From: an uncultured Planctomycetota bacterium
GTDB taxonomy: Bacteria; Planctomycetota; Planctomycetia; Isosphaerales; Isosphaeraceae
Reading direction: 5' to 3'
Assembly (NCBI GenBank): GCA_963845755.1
Contig: CAWJTV010000015.1
Coordinates: 213,306-277,305, forward strand
Length of the DNA stretch: 64,000 nt
Shown here piece by piece: positions 51,997 to 62,917 of this stretch (positions are counted from its first letter, which is position 1; each line of letters opens with the position of its first letter). Position numbers and translations under genes: made by a program. The notes below the pieces were generated by a model that saw nothing but the letters and a program-made list of their open reading frames with translations, did not search any database and had not been told where the DNA came from.

Positions 51997-53889
51997 ATGC
52001 TTCGATTCCGGTCCTCAGGCTGTCTTGTGCCAAGCGCGGCGCTGGTCTTCCTCGTGCTTTTCTCGCCCGCACACCTCGCCGCGCAGGGCGTGGACGCGGT
52101 CAAGGCCCGTTATACGAAGTACGAGTACCCCATCCCGATGCGCGACGGCGTCAAGCTCTTCACGGCGGTCTACCTGCCGAAGGACGCGGCTCAGCGCTAT
52201 CCGATCATGCTGTCTCGGACCCCTTATAGCGTGCAGCCCTATGGCGTGGATGCCTACAAGGACAACCTGGGCCCCTCCGCGCTCTTCGGCAACGAGGGCT
52301 ACATCGTGGCCTATCAGGATGTCCGCGGGCGCTGGATGTCGGAGGGCGAGTTCGTCAATATGCGACCCCACCGGCCGCAAAAGAATGGGCCGCACGACAT
52401 CGATGAGAGCACCGATACGAATGACACGATCGACTGGCTGCTCAAGAACATCCCGAACCACAACGGGCGAGTCGGCATGTGGGGGATCTCCTACCCGGGG
52501 TTCTACACGGCGGCCGGGATGATCGACGCCCATCCCGCGCTGAAGGCGGCGTCGCCCCAGGCGCCCGTCACCGACTGGTTTACCGGCGACGACTGGCACC
52601 ACAACGGCGCCCTGTTCCTGCCCCACGCCTTCAACTTCCTGGCGTTCTTCGGCCATCCCCGACCCATGCCGACGAAGGAGCAGGGTGAGCGCTTCAAGTA
52701 CGGCACCCCCGACGGCTACGCGTTCTACCTCCGCATGGGGCCGCTCGCCAACGCCAACGGGCTCTATTTCAAGGATGATGTGCCGTTCTGGAACGAGATC
52801 ATGCAGCACGGCACTTTCGACGAGTTCTGGCAGGCACGCAACCTTCGCCAGCACCTGAAGAACATCAAGCCGGCCGTAATGACCGTCGGCGGCTGGTTCG
52901 ACGCCGAGAACCTCTTCGGGGCGCTCGAGACCTACAAGAAGACCGAAGCCTCCAGCCCCGGCGCGACGAATGTCCTCGTGATGGGTCCCTGGCGGCACGG
53001 CGGGTGGAGCGGTGGCAATGGCGATTCGCTCGGGCCCATCTCGTTCCATTCCAACACGGCCGAATTCTTTCGCGAGCACATCGAGTTCCCGTTCTTCCAG
53101 TACTACCTGAAGGGGAAAGGACCACTCAACCAGCCGGAAGCCTGGGTCTTCGAGACCGGGACGAATCAGTGGCGGAAATTCGACGCCTGGCCACCTCGAA
53201 ACCTCAAACGACGATCGCTGTTCCTACACCCGCAAGGCCGACTGTCCCTCGATTCGCCGCCCGACGGGGATTCTCGACCCTTTGACGAGTACACGAGCGA
53301 CCCGTCGCGGCCCGTGGAATACATCGAAAAGATCGAGATCGGGATGACCGGCGATTACATGATCCAGGATCAGCGCATTGCGTCGCGACGGCCGGATGTG
53401 CTGGTCTACGCCAGCGACAACCTCAAGGAGGACCTCGCCATCGCCGGCCCGATCGATGTCCGACTCTTCGTCTCGACCAGCGGGACCGACTCCGACTGGG
53501 TCGTCAAGTTGATCGACGTCTATCCGGACGACTATCCGACCCCGGATCCCGATAATGCGCCGGTGAAGCTCGGAGGCTACCAGCAGCTCGTCCGCGGGGA
53601 TGTCATGCGCGGGAAGTTCCGCAATAGCCTGTCGAAGCCGGAACCGTTCGTTCCGGGCCAGCCGACGCCCGTGAACTTCACGCTCCAGGACGTCGCGCAC
53701 ACCTTCCGGGCCGGCCACAAACTCATGGTCCAGATCCAGAGCTCCTGGTTCCCGATCGTCGACCGCAATCCCCAGAAGTTCGTCGATATCTACAATGCCC
53801 AGGAATCCGACTTCCATCCGGCCGCGCAACGCGTGTATCACAGCAGCGCCTTGCCTTCGCACCTGGAAGTGCTCCAGATGCCGCGATGA
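51997..53889 (+). CDS. CocE/NonD-family hydrolase (alpha-amino-acid ester hydrolase/glutaryl-7-ACA acylase-like), secreted
   Basis: PMRDGVKL, RTPY, QDVRGR..SEG, GISYPG nucleophile motif, GGWFDAE, MGPWRHG. Confidence 0.92.
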   Translation: MLRFRSSGCLVPSAALVFLVLFSPAHLAAQGVDAVKARYTKYEYPIPMRDGVKLFTAVYLPKDAAQRYPIMLSRTPYSVQPYGVDAYKDNLGPSALFGNEGYIVAYQDVRGRWMSEGEFVNMRPHRPQKNGPHDIDESTDTNDTIDWLLKNIPNHNGRVGMWGISYPGFYTAAGMIDAHPALKAASPQAPVTDWFTGDDWHHNGALFLPHAFNFLAFFGHPRPMPTKEQGERFKYGTPDGYAFYLRMGPLANANGLYFKDDVPFWNEIMQHGTFDEFWQARNLRQHLKNIKPAVMTVGGWFDAENLFGALETYKKTEASSPGATNVLVMGPWRHGGWSGGNGDSLGPISFHSNTAEFFREHIEFPFFQYYLKGKGPLNQPEAWVFETGTNQWRKFDAWPPRNLKRRSLFLHPQGRLSLDSPPDGDSRPFDEYTSDPSRPVEYIEKIEIGMTGDYMIQDQRIASRRPDVLVYASDNLKEDLAIAGPIDVRLFVSTSGTDSDWVVKLIDVYPDDYPTPDPDNAPVKLGGYQQLVRGDVMRGKFRNSLSKPEPFVPGQPTPVNFTLQDVAHTFRAGHKLMVQIQSSWFPIVDRNPQKFVDIYNAQESDFHPAAQRVYHSSALPSHLEVLQMPR

Positions 53890-53902
53890 TCACCGGGATC
53901 CA

Positions 53903-56900
53903 TCAGCGATCGATGATCGGAGGGCCGCCGAGTCCTTGCAGCTCCCGGCAGCGTTCCTGCCAGGCCTCGGGGGTCAAGAAGTCGACCGCCTCGTTGCTGT
54001 CCAGCTCCATGCCGCTGAGGGTCTGAACCCAGACCGAGGAGCGGGTCGGGGAAGCATCGAGGGCCCTCGGCAACGTCCAGATGCGTGCCGTCCGATCCCA
54101 GCTTCCGGTGATGAGGCAACCGCCATCGGGGCTGAAGGCCAGGGCGATGACGTGGTTGCCATGGCGCAAGGCCGGCCCGAGCGGCCGGCCGGTGGCCCGA
54201 TCCCATAATCGCGCCGTGGCATCGCTGCTGGCCGTCGCGACCTTCGTGCGATCGGGACTGAAGGCGACGCCATAGACCGGGCCCCCGTGGACCAGCGGTG
54301 GTCCCAGGCGTCGCGTCGAGGCTACGTCCCATAGCTGCGCCGTCTTGTCCTTGCTCCCGGTCATGACGGTCGTGCCGTCGGGGCTGAAGACCGCAATGAG
54401 GACTTCGTCCTGGTGGACCAGGGGCTGGCCCAGCGGTTCCCCGGAGTCAACTTGCCAGAGCCGGGCCGTATGGTCCAGGCTGGCCGACAGTGCAAGCTTC
54501 CCGTCGGGGCTGAAGGCGACGCTCCGGACGAACCTGCCGTGGTGGAAGACATGCCGTTCCCGGCCGCTGTTGACGTCCCACAGCTTGACGGTCCCGGCGG
54601 CGCTGGCGGTCAGGGCCAGCGTGCCGTCGGGACTGAAGGCGACGGCCACGACCGGCTCGTCGTCAGTAAAGCACCGATCCAGGTAGCGACCCCTTGGGAC
54701 ATCCCACAAGCGTGCGGTGCCGTCCTCGCACGCGGTCAAGAGGCGAGTCCCGGACGGGTCGAAGGCGACGGCATGCACCCACTGTTCATGGCGAAGGGGC
54801 GGACAGAGTGGTTTGCCCGAGGCGACGTCGACCAGCAGCGCCGTTCCGTCGGTACCGGCAATGGCGAGGGTCCGTCCGTCCGGGCTGAAAACGGCCGCCG
54901 TGATCATTCCCGAGCGGGTGAGGCGCGCGAGCAAACGGCCGTTGAGGCGGTCCCAGAGCTGAACTTCGCCCTCGGTCGTGTCGGGGGGTTTGGGCCTGGT
55001 GCCCGTGACCGCAATGCGGCCATCGGGGCTGAAGCTCACGACGTCAACGCTCGCATGATGCGTGAGCTCCAGACGTCGCGATGGGGCGCCACGAGCTCGG
55101 CGGATCTGGAAGGCGCCGTCATCGCCGCCGGTGAGGATGCGGCGGCCATCCGCACGGAACGCCACGGCTCGAACCGCTTGCGGATGGACGGCGACTTGAC
55201 CGAGGTTCTCGCCGTTGCGAACATCCCAGAGCCGGGCAACGTTATCCGAACCGCCGATGAGCAACGTCTGACTGTCCGGGCTGAAGGAAATGGCTTGCAC
55301 GGCGCTGGTATGGGGCAGCAGGAGAGCCAGGTCGAGATTGGACGCGTGCCGGATCCGAACCGAGTAATCGAGGGTGTCCGTCGCCAACCAGCGGCCGTCG
55401 GGGCTGAGTGCTGCGAGGTGTAGGTTCTTCTCGACCGTAGGCTGACCGTGTTTGTACCCGGTCTTCGCGTCCCAGCGCTGGATGGTCCCACCGGAAGTGC
55501 CCGTCAGGAGGGTCTGATCGTCGGGGGCGAACGCGACGAACACGATCGGGTGCTCGTGCTGGAGCGCGAGCGGGAGCTGCTCGCCCCGGGCCCGATCCCA
55601 GAATCGGAGCATCCGATCCGCGCCTCCCGTCGCCAGGGTCTTGCCGTCATGGCTGGAGGCGATCGCATACAATCTCCCTCCGTGGTCGATGGTCGTGGGC
55701 AAGAACGCACCGTTCGGGATATCCCAGACGCGGATCTTGCCATCGCGGCAGGCGATCGTCAGGGCCTGGTTGTCGGGGCGGAAGATCAGCTCGAGGATCT
55801 CGTCGGAGCAAGCGATCGGCGCACCGAGCGGATTCCCGCCCGCGCCGTCCCACAGCCGAACGATGCGATCGTAGCCCCCGGTGGCGGCCAGCGTTCCGTC
55901 CGGGCTGAACGAGACCGCCCGGAGCGGGGCTCCGTGCAGCCTCAGGGCCGATAAACCGTCGAGGTTCTCCTGCCATCCGGCCAGGTTGCGCGCCAGCACG
56001 CGGCTGAGGTCCCCGGTCCCGGCGGGTACGGACGAGAGACCGCGTGCCAGGAGCAGCATGCCGTGCCCCACCTCCCCGCGTTCGCACAGGGCCAGCCCGC
56101 GATCGAGATCATTCTCCGCCAATCGGGAGCGGAGCTGGTCGGCGTTCTGCTTTTCCCGGACCGCGAAGAGGAGCGAGCCCGCGACCACGATCACGAGGAG
56201 CGCGGCGACCACCGTGCATGCCGCCGCCAGCGCCGGATTCCGCACCGCCCAGAGCCAGCCCCGCTCGAGACGCCCCACGGGCCGTGCCAGACACGGTTCG
56301 CCGCCCAAGAACCGGCGCAGGTCGGCGGCCAGTTCTCCGGCCGTGGCGTAGCGGCGGGCCGGCGACTTGGCCATCGCCTTCAGGCAGATGGTCTCCAGAT
56401 CGCGCGGGATCCGATCGTTCACGCGGCGCGGAGGCCGGGGGTCCTCGTTCAGGAGCTGATGGATCAGCATCACACGCGAGCCGCGAAACGGGAGCTCGCC
56501 GCACAGGAGCTGATAGAGCACCACACCCAGGCTGTAGATGTCGCTACGGCGGTCGACGTGATGGCCGCGCCCGTCGGCTTGTTCCGGACTCATGTACGCC
56601 GGAGTGCCGATGATCTGGCCCTCCACCGTCATGACGATGTCGGTCTCGGGACGAAGGGCCAGGCCGAAATCGACCACGATCGGCCGGCCCAGTCGGGCCA
56701 AGCCCGATTCTTCCTTCGAGACATCCGCGAGGTCGGCGGCCGCGCCGCCGGTTTCCATCATGATATTCGCGGGCTTGATGTCGCGATGGACCAGCCCGCG
56801 ATCGTGAGCATGGTCCAGGGCTTCGGCGATCTGCGCGATCAGCAGGGCGCTCTCGCGGAAGGTCAACCTGCGGACTTCGAGCAAGTCCTTTAGCGGTACT

Positions 56901-57416
56901 CCGTCGATGAAATCGGAGACCAACACCGGGAGGTCTTCGAGCGTCAGGATCTCGTAGAGGCGCACGATCCCCGGATGACGGAGCTGGGCCGCGACTCGAG
57001 CTTCTCGCCCCACGCGTTCGTAGTCCAGGCCGGTTGCGTGGACGTGCAGATGCGGGATCTTCACCGCAACGACACGGTCGAGCATGGTATCCCGAGCGCG
57101 AGACCGTGCCGAAGGAGCCCTGGCCCGCGCGATCGAGCAATTGAAATCGGCCGATGACGCGGATCTCCTCGAGCGCCGCATCGTGCCGCACGCGCTCCAG
57201 GCGAAAGGAGTTGCCACATCTCTCACAATGAATGCTGGCGTCGGGACTGTCTGCGGTGGCGATGGTGTGATGACAGGAAGGACAGGTCAGACGATCGGGC
57301 GTGCGCGGTGACGTTGCCGCCAGGAATTCCCGGGCCGTCGGCGTTTCGGCCCCGACGGGTTCAGGACCATGGGTCGTCGCCCAGCCGGCGCCCACCGTCC
57401 CGTCGTCGTCGCTCAT
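53903..57416 (-). CDS. Ser/Thr protein kinase with WD40 repeats; indel near 57095
   Basis: N-terminal CPSC/CERC knuckle, GQGSFG, HRDIKPAN, DFGLA, GTPAYMSPEQ, many FSPDG..WD repeats. Confidence 0.92.
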
Positions 57417-57748
57417 GGTGCGCTCTCCTGGGCCGTCCAGGCACTGAAACGAGTCGAGTCAAAGCCGGTGCTTGCACCGCGTGGTAGCGCATCAGACGGC
57501 CCGCTGCGCTGGCGGCCTGGCAGGTTCGTGCACTGCGGATTCGCAAGCCGCCCGACTTCCCATGGATCGCCGGAAGGCTGAGGCTGCGAGAGAATCGATA
57601 CAGAATCACAAATTCAAGATTCCGAATGGATGTTAAGCCCGACGAATCAGAGACTCAGGATACTTGAATCTCGAATCCGACTCTTTCACAATCTCTGAGG
57701 CTGCGAAAGCGGGCCCGGCCGATGCTCCCAGGCCACGGCCTCCCCTCC

Positions 57749-58252
57749 CTACGGTCTCATGTTCGTACAGGTCGGGTCGCCCGAGTCCCACGTGCTTGGG
57801 CTGAATTGATTGCACTGCGACTGACTCAGATTGGGAGTCTGTCCCCCTTGGTAAGCGCAGCAGCCCAATTGGACCGGTTTAGTCGAGGTCGGTTTCGTCC
57901 CCGTCGGTTTCGTCCCCGTCGTCTCCTCCCCGAGTGACGTCATCAGAGCCGCGATCGCGGCGACAACCTGAACCGTCTCTCCCGACAGAAGACTCCCAAC
58001 CTCCGCCAGCACGTTTCCTTGTTCCTTCACGACTTTCTGGATCGCCCGGCAATGGTCCGAGGTCATTACGGCGCTGTACTTCTTTTTCTCATACGTGAAC
58101 TTGCAGATCTTGAAGGTCGGTTCCTGTACGGGCGATAGGATCGCCTTGCACAGGAAGCGTACGGCCCGTGCAGTATCCCGGTCGGCCCGGGCGAGCAACT
58201 TGAGCAGGATGGCCAGGGGATCGCCTTTTTTCTTCGCTGATTTCTTGGCCAT
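57749..58252 (-). CDS. Hypothetical protein with TGTKP repeats and a Cys-rich C-terminus
   Basis: MAKKSAKKK start; TGTKP-TGTKP-TSTKP; GCCAYQGGQTPNLSQSQCNQFSPSTWDSGDPTC. Confidence 0.55.
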   Translation of the reverse strand: MAKKSAKKKGDPLAILLKLLARADRDTARAVRFLCKAILSPVQEPTFKICKFTYEKKKYSAVMTSDHCRAIQKVVKEQGNVLAEVGSLLSGETVQVVAAIAALMTSLGEETTGTKPTGTKPTSTKPVQLGCCAYQGGQTPNLSQSQCNQFSPSTWDSGDPTCTNMRP

Positions 58253-58405
58253 GAACAAGGTCCTGAGCAACATATGAACCGAGTGCCGCAGTATTGGTCC
58301 GCAGCTCCTATTCTACGGACGCCCCGATTGCCGGTCAATTCAGGGTCTCCACCGATGCGGCCCCCAGTCCTCCAGGACGAGAGAGTCCCCGGTTCGACCA
58401 GTCCC

Positions 58406-59461
58406 TCATCGCAGCATCCCCGCCCCTTCGAGGGCGCGCAGCATGCCGAACGAGCTCGACTCATTCGGGCAGAAGATGCCATCGACTCGTCCGCGATAAC
58501 GAGTGACCAGACTCTGAGCCTTCTGCTGCGCCGAGTCCGACGTCGGCCCGGCGTACTCCGTGTCCGAGATCATTTTCACGTCCGGGAATTCCTTGGCGAG
58601 TGTATCGGTGAAGCCCCTCTCGCGCTGCTCTGTGCTCTCGGAGCCGACAGCATACCGCAGCAAGATGATCTGACCATGTCCTTTGAGGACCTCACCGAGC
58701 CGCTGGGCCGCCAGCACGCCACCGTGGTAATTATCGGTCGCGATGAAGCTGACCATCTTGGTCGTCTCGAGCCCGGAGTCGAAGATCACGACGGGGATCC
58801 CCTTGGCGATCGCCGACTCCACCGGCTCGACCAGCGCGTGGGAATCCAGGGGCGCCAGGACGATCCCATCGACCCCGGCGGCGACAGCGTTCTGGACGAG
58901 CTGGATCTGCTGGACCCGGTCGTCCTCCTTCTGGGGCCCGAGCCAGATCACCTCCACATTCCCCAGATCATCGGCAGCCTTGAGCGCCCCGGCGTGCACC
59001 GACTTCCAGAACTCGTGGGTGGTCCCCTTGGGAATGACGATCACTTTCCATTTCCTCGACTTGACCCCGGAAAGGCTCGCCCCGCTGGTATTCTCCACCT
59101 GCGGAGGATGCACCAACTTGGCAATTTGCGGCTCCTTGTAGTTCTCCGGGGTCACCAGGGTCTCGCCGGTGGAGATCTTGGCCTCGACCGGTTGTTTCTC
59201 CAGGTACCTGACCATCGTCTTGACGCTCGTTTCGCCCATCATGAGCGGATTCTGAACCACCAAGCCCTGGATCTTTCCCTGACTCAAGGCGTCGATGAGC
59301 GGCTCGCTGCCGTCGAAGCCGATGAAGGCGACGCCCCCGGACCCGCCCGGCCTCGACGGTCCGGATCCGTTTGTTCCGACCCCCTTGTCCGACCCGTTGC
59401 AGCCGACGGTCAAACTGACGACCAGGAACACCCCGATGCGATGCCAGCCTCGATGGGCCAT
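58406..59461 (-). CDS. Sugar ABC-type periplasmic binding lipoprotein (RbsB-like), circularly permuted
   Basis: Lipobox LTVGC; FIGFD..GLVVQNP..TG..LVTPEN comes before IPKGTTHEFW..GIVLAP..IPVVIFDS..ATDN..GIFCPNE. Confidence 0.85.
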   Translation of the reverse strand: MAHRGWHRIGVFLVVSLTVGCNGSDKGVGTNGSGPSRPGGSGGVAFIGFDGSEPLIDALSQGKIQGLVVQNPLMMGETSVKTMVRYLEKQPVEAKISTGETLVTPENYKEPQIAKLVHPPQVENTSGASLSGVKSRKWKVIVIPKGTTHEFWKSVHAGALKAADDLGNVEVIWLGPQKEDDRVQQIQLVQNAVAAGVDGIVLAPLDSHALVEPVESAIAKGIPVVIFDSGLETTKMVSFIATDNYHGGVLAAQRLGEVLKGHGQIILLRYAVGSESTEQRERGFTDTLAKEFPDVKMISDTEYAGPTSDSAQQKAQSLVTRYRGRVDGIFCPNESSSFGMLRALEGAGMLR

Positions 59462-59781
59462 GAATGATCTCCCTTAGCGCCCAGACGGACGGGGAACGAT
59501 GCCTCGCCGGTGGTGTTCCTTCCAAACGGAGTCAACCGAAACCCCTGAAAAATCCCATGTTACACGAAGAGTTGGGCAATACAAGAGACTCGACTGACCA
59601 CCGTATTGCTTAGCCTTTGCTCACCAGGTTTGCTGCGATCGAGCCGCTCTCACGACTGCTTCCTTTTCCACGGAAACCGCTCGTCGCCAACCTGGCTTTG
59701 CAGCGCCGTTGGCGTCACCAGCGGCCTCGGTGCGTGGGCACCCCAATCGTGAATCGCTATCGCTGACACTCTCTCTGTCGG

Positions 59782-61883
59782 TCAACTTCCGTCCGACGTG
59801 GCGGCGTCCAGGAGGGCCTTCCGGACGGAGAAGCCGTCGTCGCCCGAGAACACCAGATGGACCGTCTTCCCGTCGGCGCTCATCCACTTTGTGGGGAAGC
59901 TGCACGTCTCGCCCGGACCGACGTCCCATTCCTCGGTGAAGTAGACCGTCGTCCACGGCCCCCAGGGCTCCGGGGCGTCGTAGATCCCGAATCCGCCCCG
60001 GAAGCGAGCATCCCCGCCCGGCAAGGTCTGACACCAGAGGTAACGCCCCAGTCCCGCATCGTAGCTGATCGCCGATCGGTAACAGCCCCCCGGATGACGG
60101 AAGACCGCCCCCCGTTCGGAAATGTCCTTGGTCCAGAGCGGCATCCCGTCGTTTCCGAGGGCCCGGAAGAACTCGTAGGCTCCCCGTTCGGTGATCTGCC
60201 CGCTCGGCACCCTGGCCAGGACCATGCGGTCGGCGGCGCGATAGGCGCTGTCGACATCGGGCGAGTCGATGTAGACGTGATCGTCCCTGGCCCCGGCGTA
60301 GTCCTTGCCGAAGTTCAGGAACGTCGGGCAGCCGAAGCTCGTCTCGAACCGCCATCCGCACCAGGTCCATGTCCTGGCGTGGTCAGTCGACCAGGCAAGT
60401 CGGGAGTTGCCGGCGTTCCTCACCCACAGATACAGAACGCCGCGAACCATGAGCATCCCGCTCGCCTTCTGACCCTCGGCTCCCTCGCCCTTCCGCTCGC
60501 CGGTCGCCGAGCGGATGTTGATCCCGGAGAAGCTCTCGGGAGACCCGACGACCTTGGCCAGGCCCAGGCTCAACTTCTCTGGGACATGCGGCTCGAACCC
60601 CTGACCGTCCCCGTAGGCGGTGTAGAGCGCATCGTCATCGCCCCAGGTCAGGGGCCAGTTGTCGCAGCCCCGGGCCTTCCGGACGACCGTTTCTCTGGGT
60701 GCCCAGTGAACTCCCCGGATCACCGTACTCGGAGGATAGGGGGCCTTGCGGGACGTCGAGATCGCCCGAATCACAGGGGCGACCACGTGCCGATCCAACC
60801 CATCCTCGAAGGAAAGCGTCGGGTCGAGCCGGTCGCCGTTGCGGACGACGATCAGGTCGAGGCTGGGGACGACCAGGAGGAATTGCTGACCGGCACCGGC
60901 ACCCCCGAACGCATCCTCGGGGGCCGACTTCCAGAGCCGGGTCGCCTCCGACCCTGCGTTCACCCACCACCCCAATCCGGAATGGCCCGGCAGGGCGCTG
61001 ATGTTTGAGCGCCGTGTCCACGACGGCCGGGAGGAGCACCTGCCGGCCTTCCCACATTCCCTGATGCCGGAGGAGTCGGCCGACCCTGGCCACGGCGTCT
61101 GGGCTGTAAGCGCCGCCGCCCCAGGTCGCCACCAGGGGCAGGCCATCCACGGTCGTCACGCTGGCGTAGCCCACCGACCATTCCGCATCGGGTATGCCCA
61201 GCGGTTCCATGATCCGGTGCTTGAGCAGGGAGCGGAGATCCGCATCCTTCGCGCCCCGGAGGCTCGCCGTCACGCTGTAGCCGAGCATCGCCATGCCGGG
61301 GTTGCTGTAGGCGCTCCCTCGTGCCGGGCCGGTCGAGCACGGCCGCCCGGTCCCTGGCGAGGGTGAACGGGTCGTTCGGCGGTGGGAGGCGCTTCCAGAA
61401 GTCCCCTTTCCAGCCGGTCAGCCGGTCGTGCGCAAGGCCGTCCGCCTCGGCGTCCTCGACCCCGGACGTGTGAGTCGCGAGGTGCCGGACGGTGATCTCC
61501 CGCCGCTTCGGGTCGTCGCGCCATTGCGGAACGTACCGGCTGGCCGGGTCGTCGGGCCCGATCCGCCCGTCGCTCATCGCGACCATCAGGCCAAGCCCGC
61601 CCACCAGGGCCTTGGCCATCGAGGCGGTGTAGTGGGGCTTGGTCCGGGAATAGCCGGGGGCATATCGCTCGAACACGATCCGGTCGTGACGAATCACCAG
61701 CAATGCGGAGGTGTGCCGCTTCTCCAGCTCAGCCCAGGCGGACTCTAACCGGGATGGGATCAGGCCCTGACTCTCGGGCGAGGCCGTGGTCCAGTCCCAG
61801 GTCGACTTGCCCGTCGGTGCTTCGGCCACCGACCCGGTGATCGCCAACAGCGTTGTGAGATGCCAGAGCAGTATGCTCGACAT
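59782..61883 (-). CDS. Secreted serine hydrolase (class C beta-lactamase-like) fused to a C-terminal beta-propeller/DUF4185-like domain; indels near 61315 and 61000
   Basis: TASMAK (SxxK), LATHTSG, YSN, then DNWPLTWGDDDALYTAYGDG, APEPWGPWT. Confidence 0.75.
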
Positions 61884-61903
61884 GGGGAGCTCCTCGATGG
61901 TTC

Positions 61904-62917
61904 TCACGGCGTGGATCGGATGACCACCTTGCCGAAATGGGCCCCGCTTTCAAGATACTTGAGCGCCTCGACGGCCTGATCAAACGGGAAGACACGGTCG
62001 ATGACCGGCTTCAAGGCGTTTGCCTCGACCGCCCGGAGCATGGTCTCGAACATGCGGCGTGAGCCGACGAAGATGCCTTGAAGGCGGATGTTCTTCATCA
62101 CGACCGAGATGGGATTAAACTCTCCGCCCCCGCTCAGGACGCCGATCAAAGCGATGGTGCCACCCAGTCGAACGGCCCGCAACGACCTCGGCAGGGTCCC
62201 GGCGCCTCCGACCTCGACGATCCGATCGACGCCCTGACCACCCGTCAACTCGCGGACGCGCTTGTCCCAGTCGGGGTTGGTCCGATAGTTGATGCCGTCG
62301 GAGGCACCCAGCTCGCGGACGCGCGCAAGCTTCTTGTCGCTACTGGATGTCGCGATGACACGGGCGCCGGCCAGCCTCGCGAACTGGAGCGCGAAGAGCG
62401 AGACACCGCCCGTCCCCTGGATCAGCACAGTCTCGCCCGGCTTGATGCCGCCGGTCTCCACCAGGGCATTCCAGGCCGTCACCGCCGCGCAGGGCAGAGT
62501 CGCCGCTTCCTCGAACGTGAGATGAGCCGGGACCGGCAAAAACGCATCCTCGGAGAGCACCACTTCCTCTGCCAGTACGCCACCGGCTTCCGTGCCCAGC
62601 GCGGAGCGGCCCTTGGCCTCGTTCAACGGGCCGTCCTGCCAGGCCGGGGCGAAACAGGCGACGACGCGGTCCCCGGGCTGGAATCGCGCCGCGCCGCTGC
62701 CCAGCGAGACAACCTCCCCGGCCCCGTCGGAGAGGGGGATGATCGGAAGCTTCAACTTCGGGTTGTAGATGCCCTTCGAGACCAGGAGATCTCGGTAATT
62801 GAGCGAGGCGGCTCGAAGACGGACGAGGACCTGTCCCGGGCCGGGCTTCGGGCTCGGAAGCTCGTCGCACGACAGAGCATCAGGCCCGCCGAATTCATGG
62901 AGACGATACGCTTTCAT
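61904..62917 (-). CDS. NAD(P)-dependent medium-chain dehydrogenase/quinone oxidoreductase family
   Basis: ASLNYRD, PLSDGAG, AATLPCAAVTAW, QGTGGVS, EVGGAGT, HFGKVVI. Confidence 0.92.
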   Translation of the reverse strand: MKAYRLHEFGGPDALSCDELPSPKPGPGQVLVRLRAASLNYRDLLVSKGIYNPKLKLPIIPLSDGAGEVVSLGSGAARFQPGDRVVACFAPAWQDGPLNEAKGRSALGTEAGGVLAEEVVLSEDAFLPVPAHLTFEEAATLPCAAVTAWNALVETGGIKPGETVLIQGTGGVSLFALQFARLAGARVIATSSSDKKLARVRELGASDGINYRTNPDWDKRVRELTGGQGVDRIVEVGGAGTLPRSLRAVRLGGTIALIGVLSGGGEFNPISVVMKNIRLQGIFVGSRRMFETMLRAVEANALKPVIDRVFPFDQAVEALKYLESGAHFGKVVIRSTP

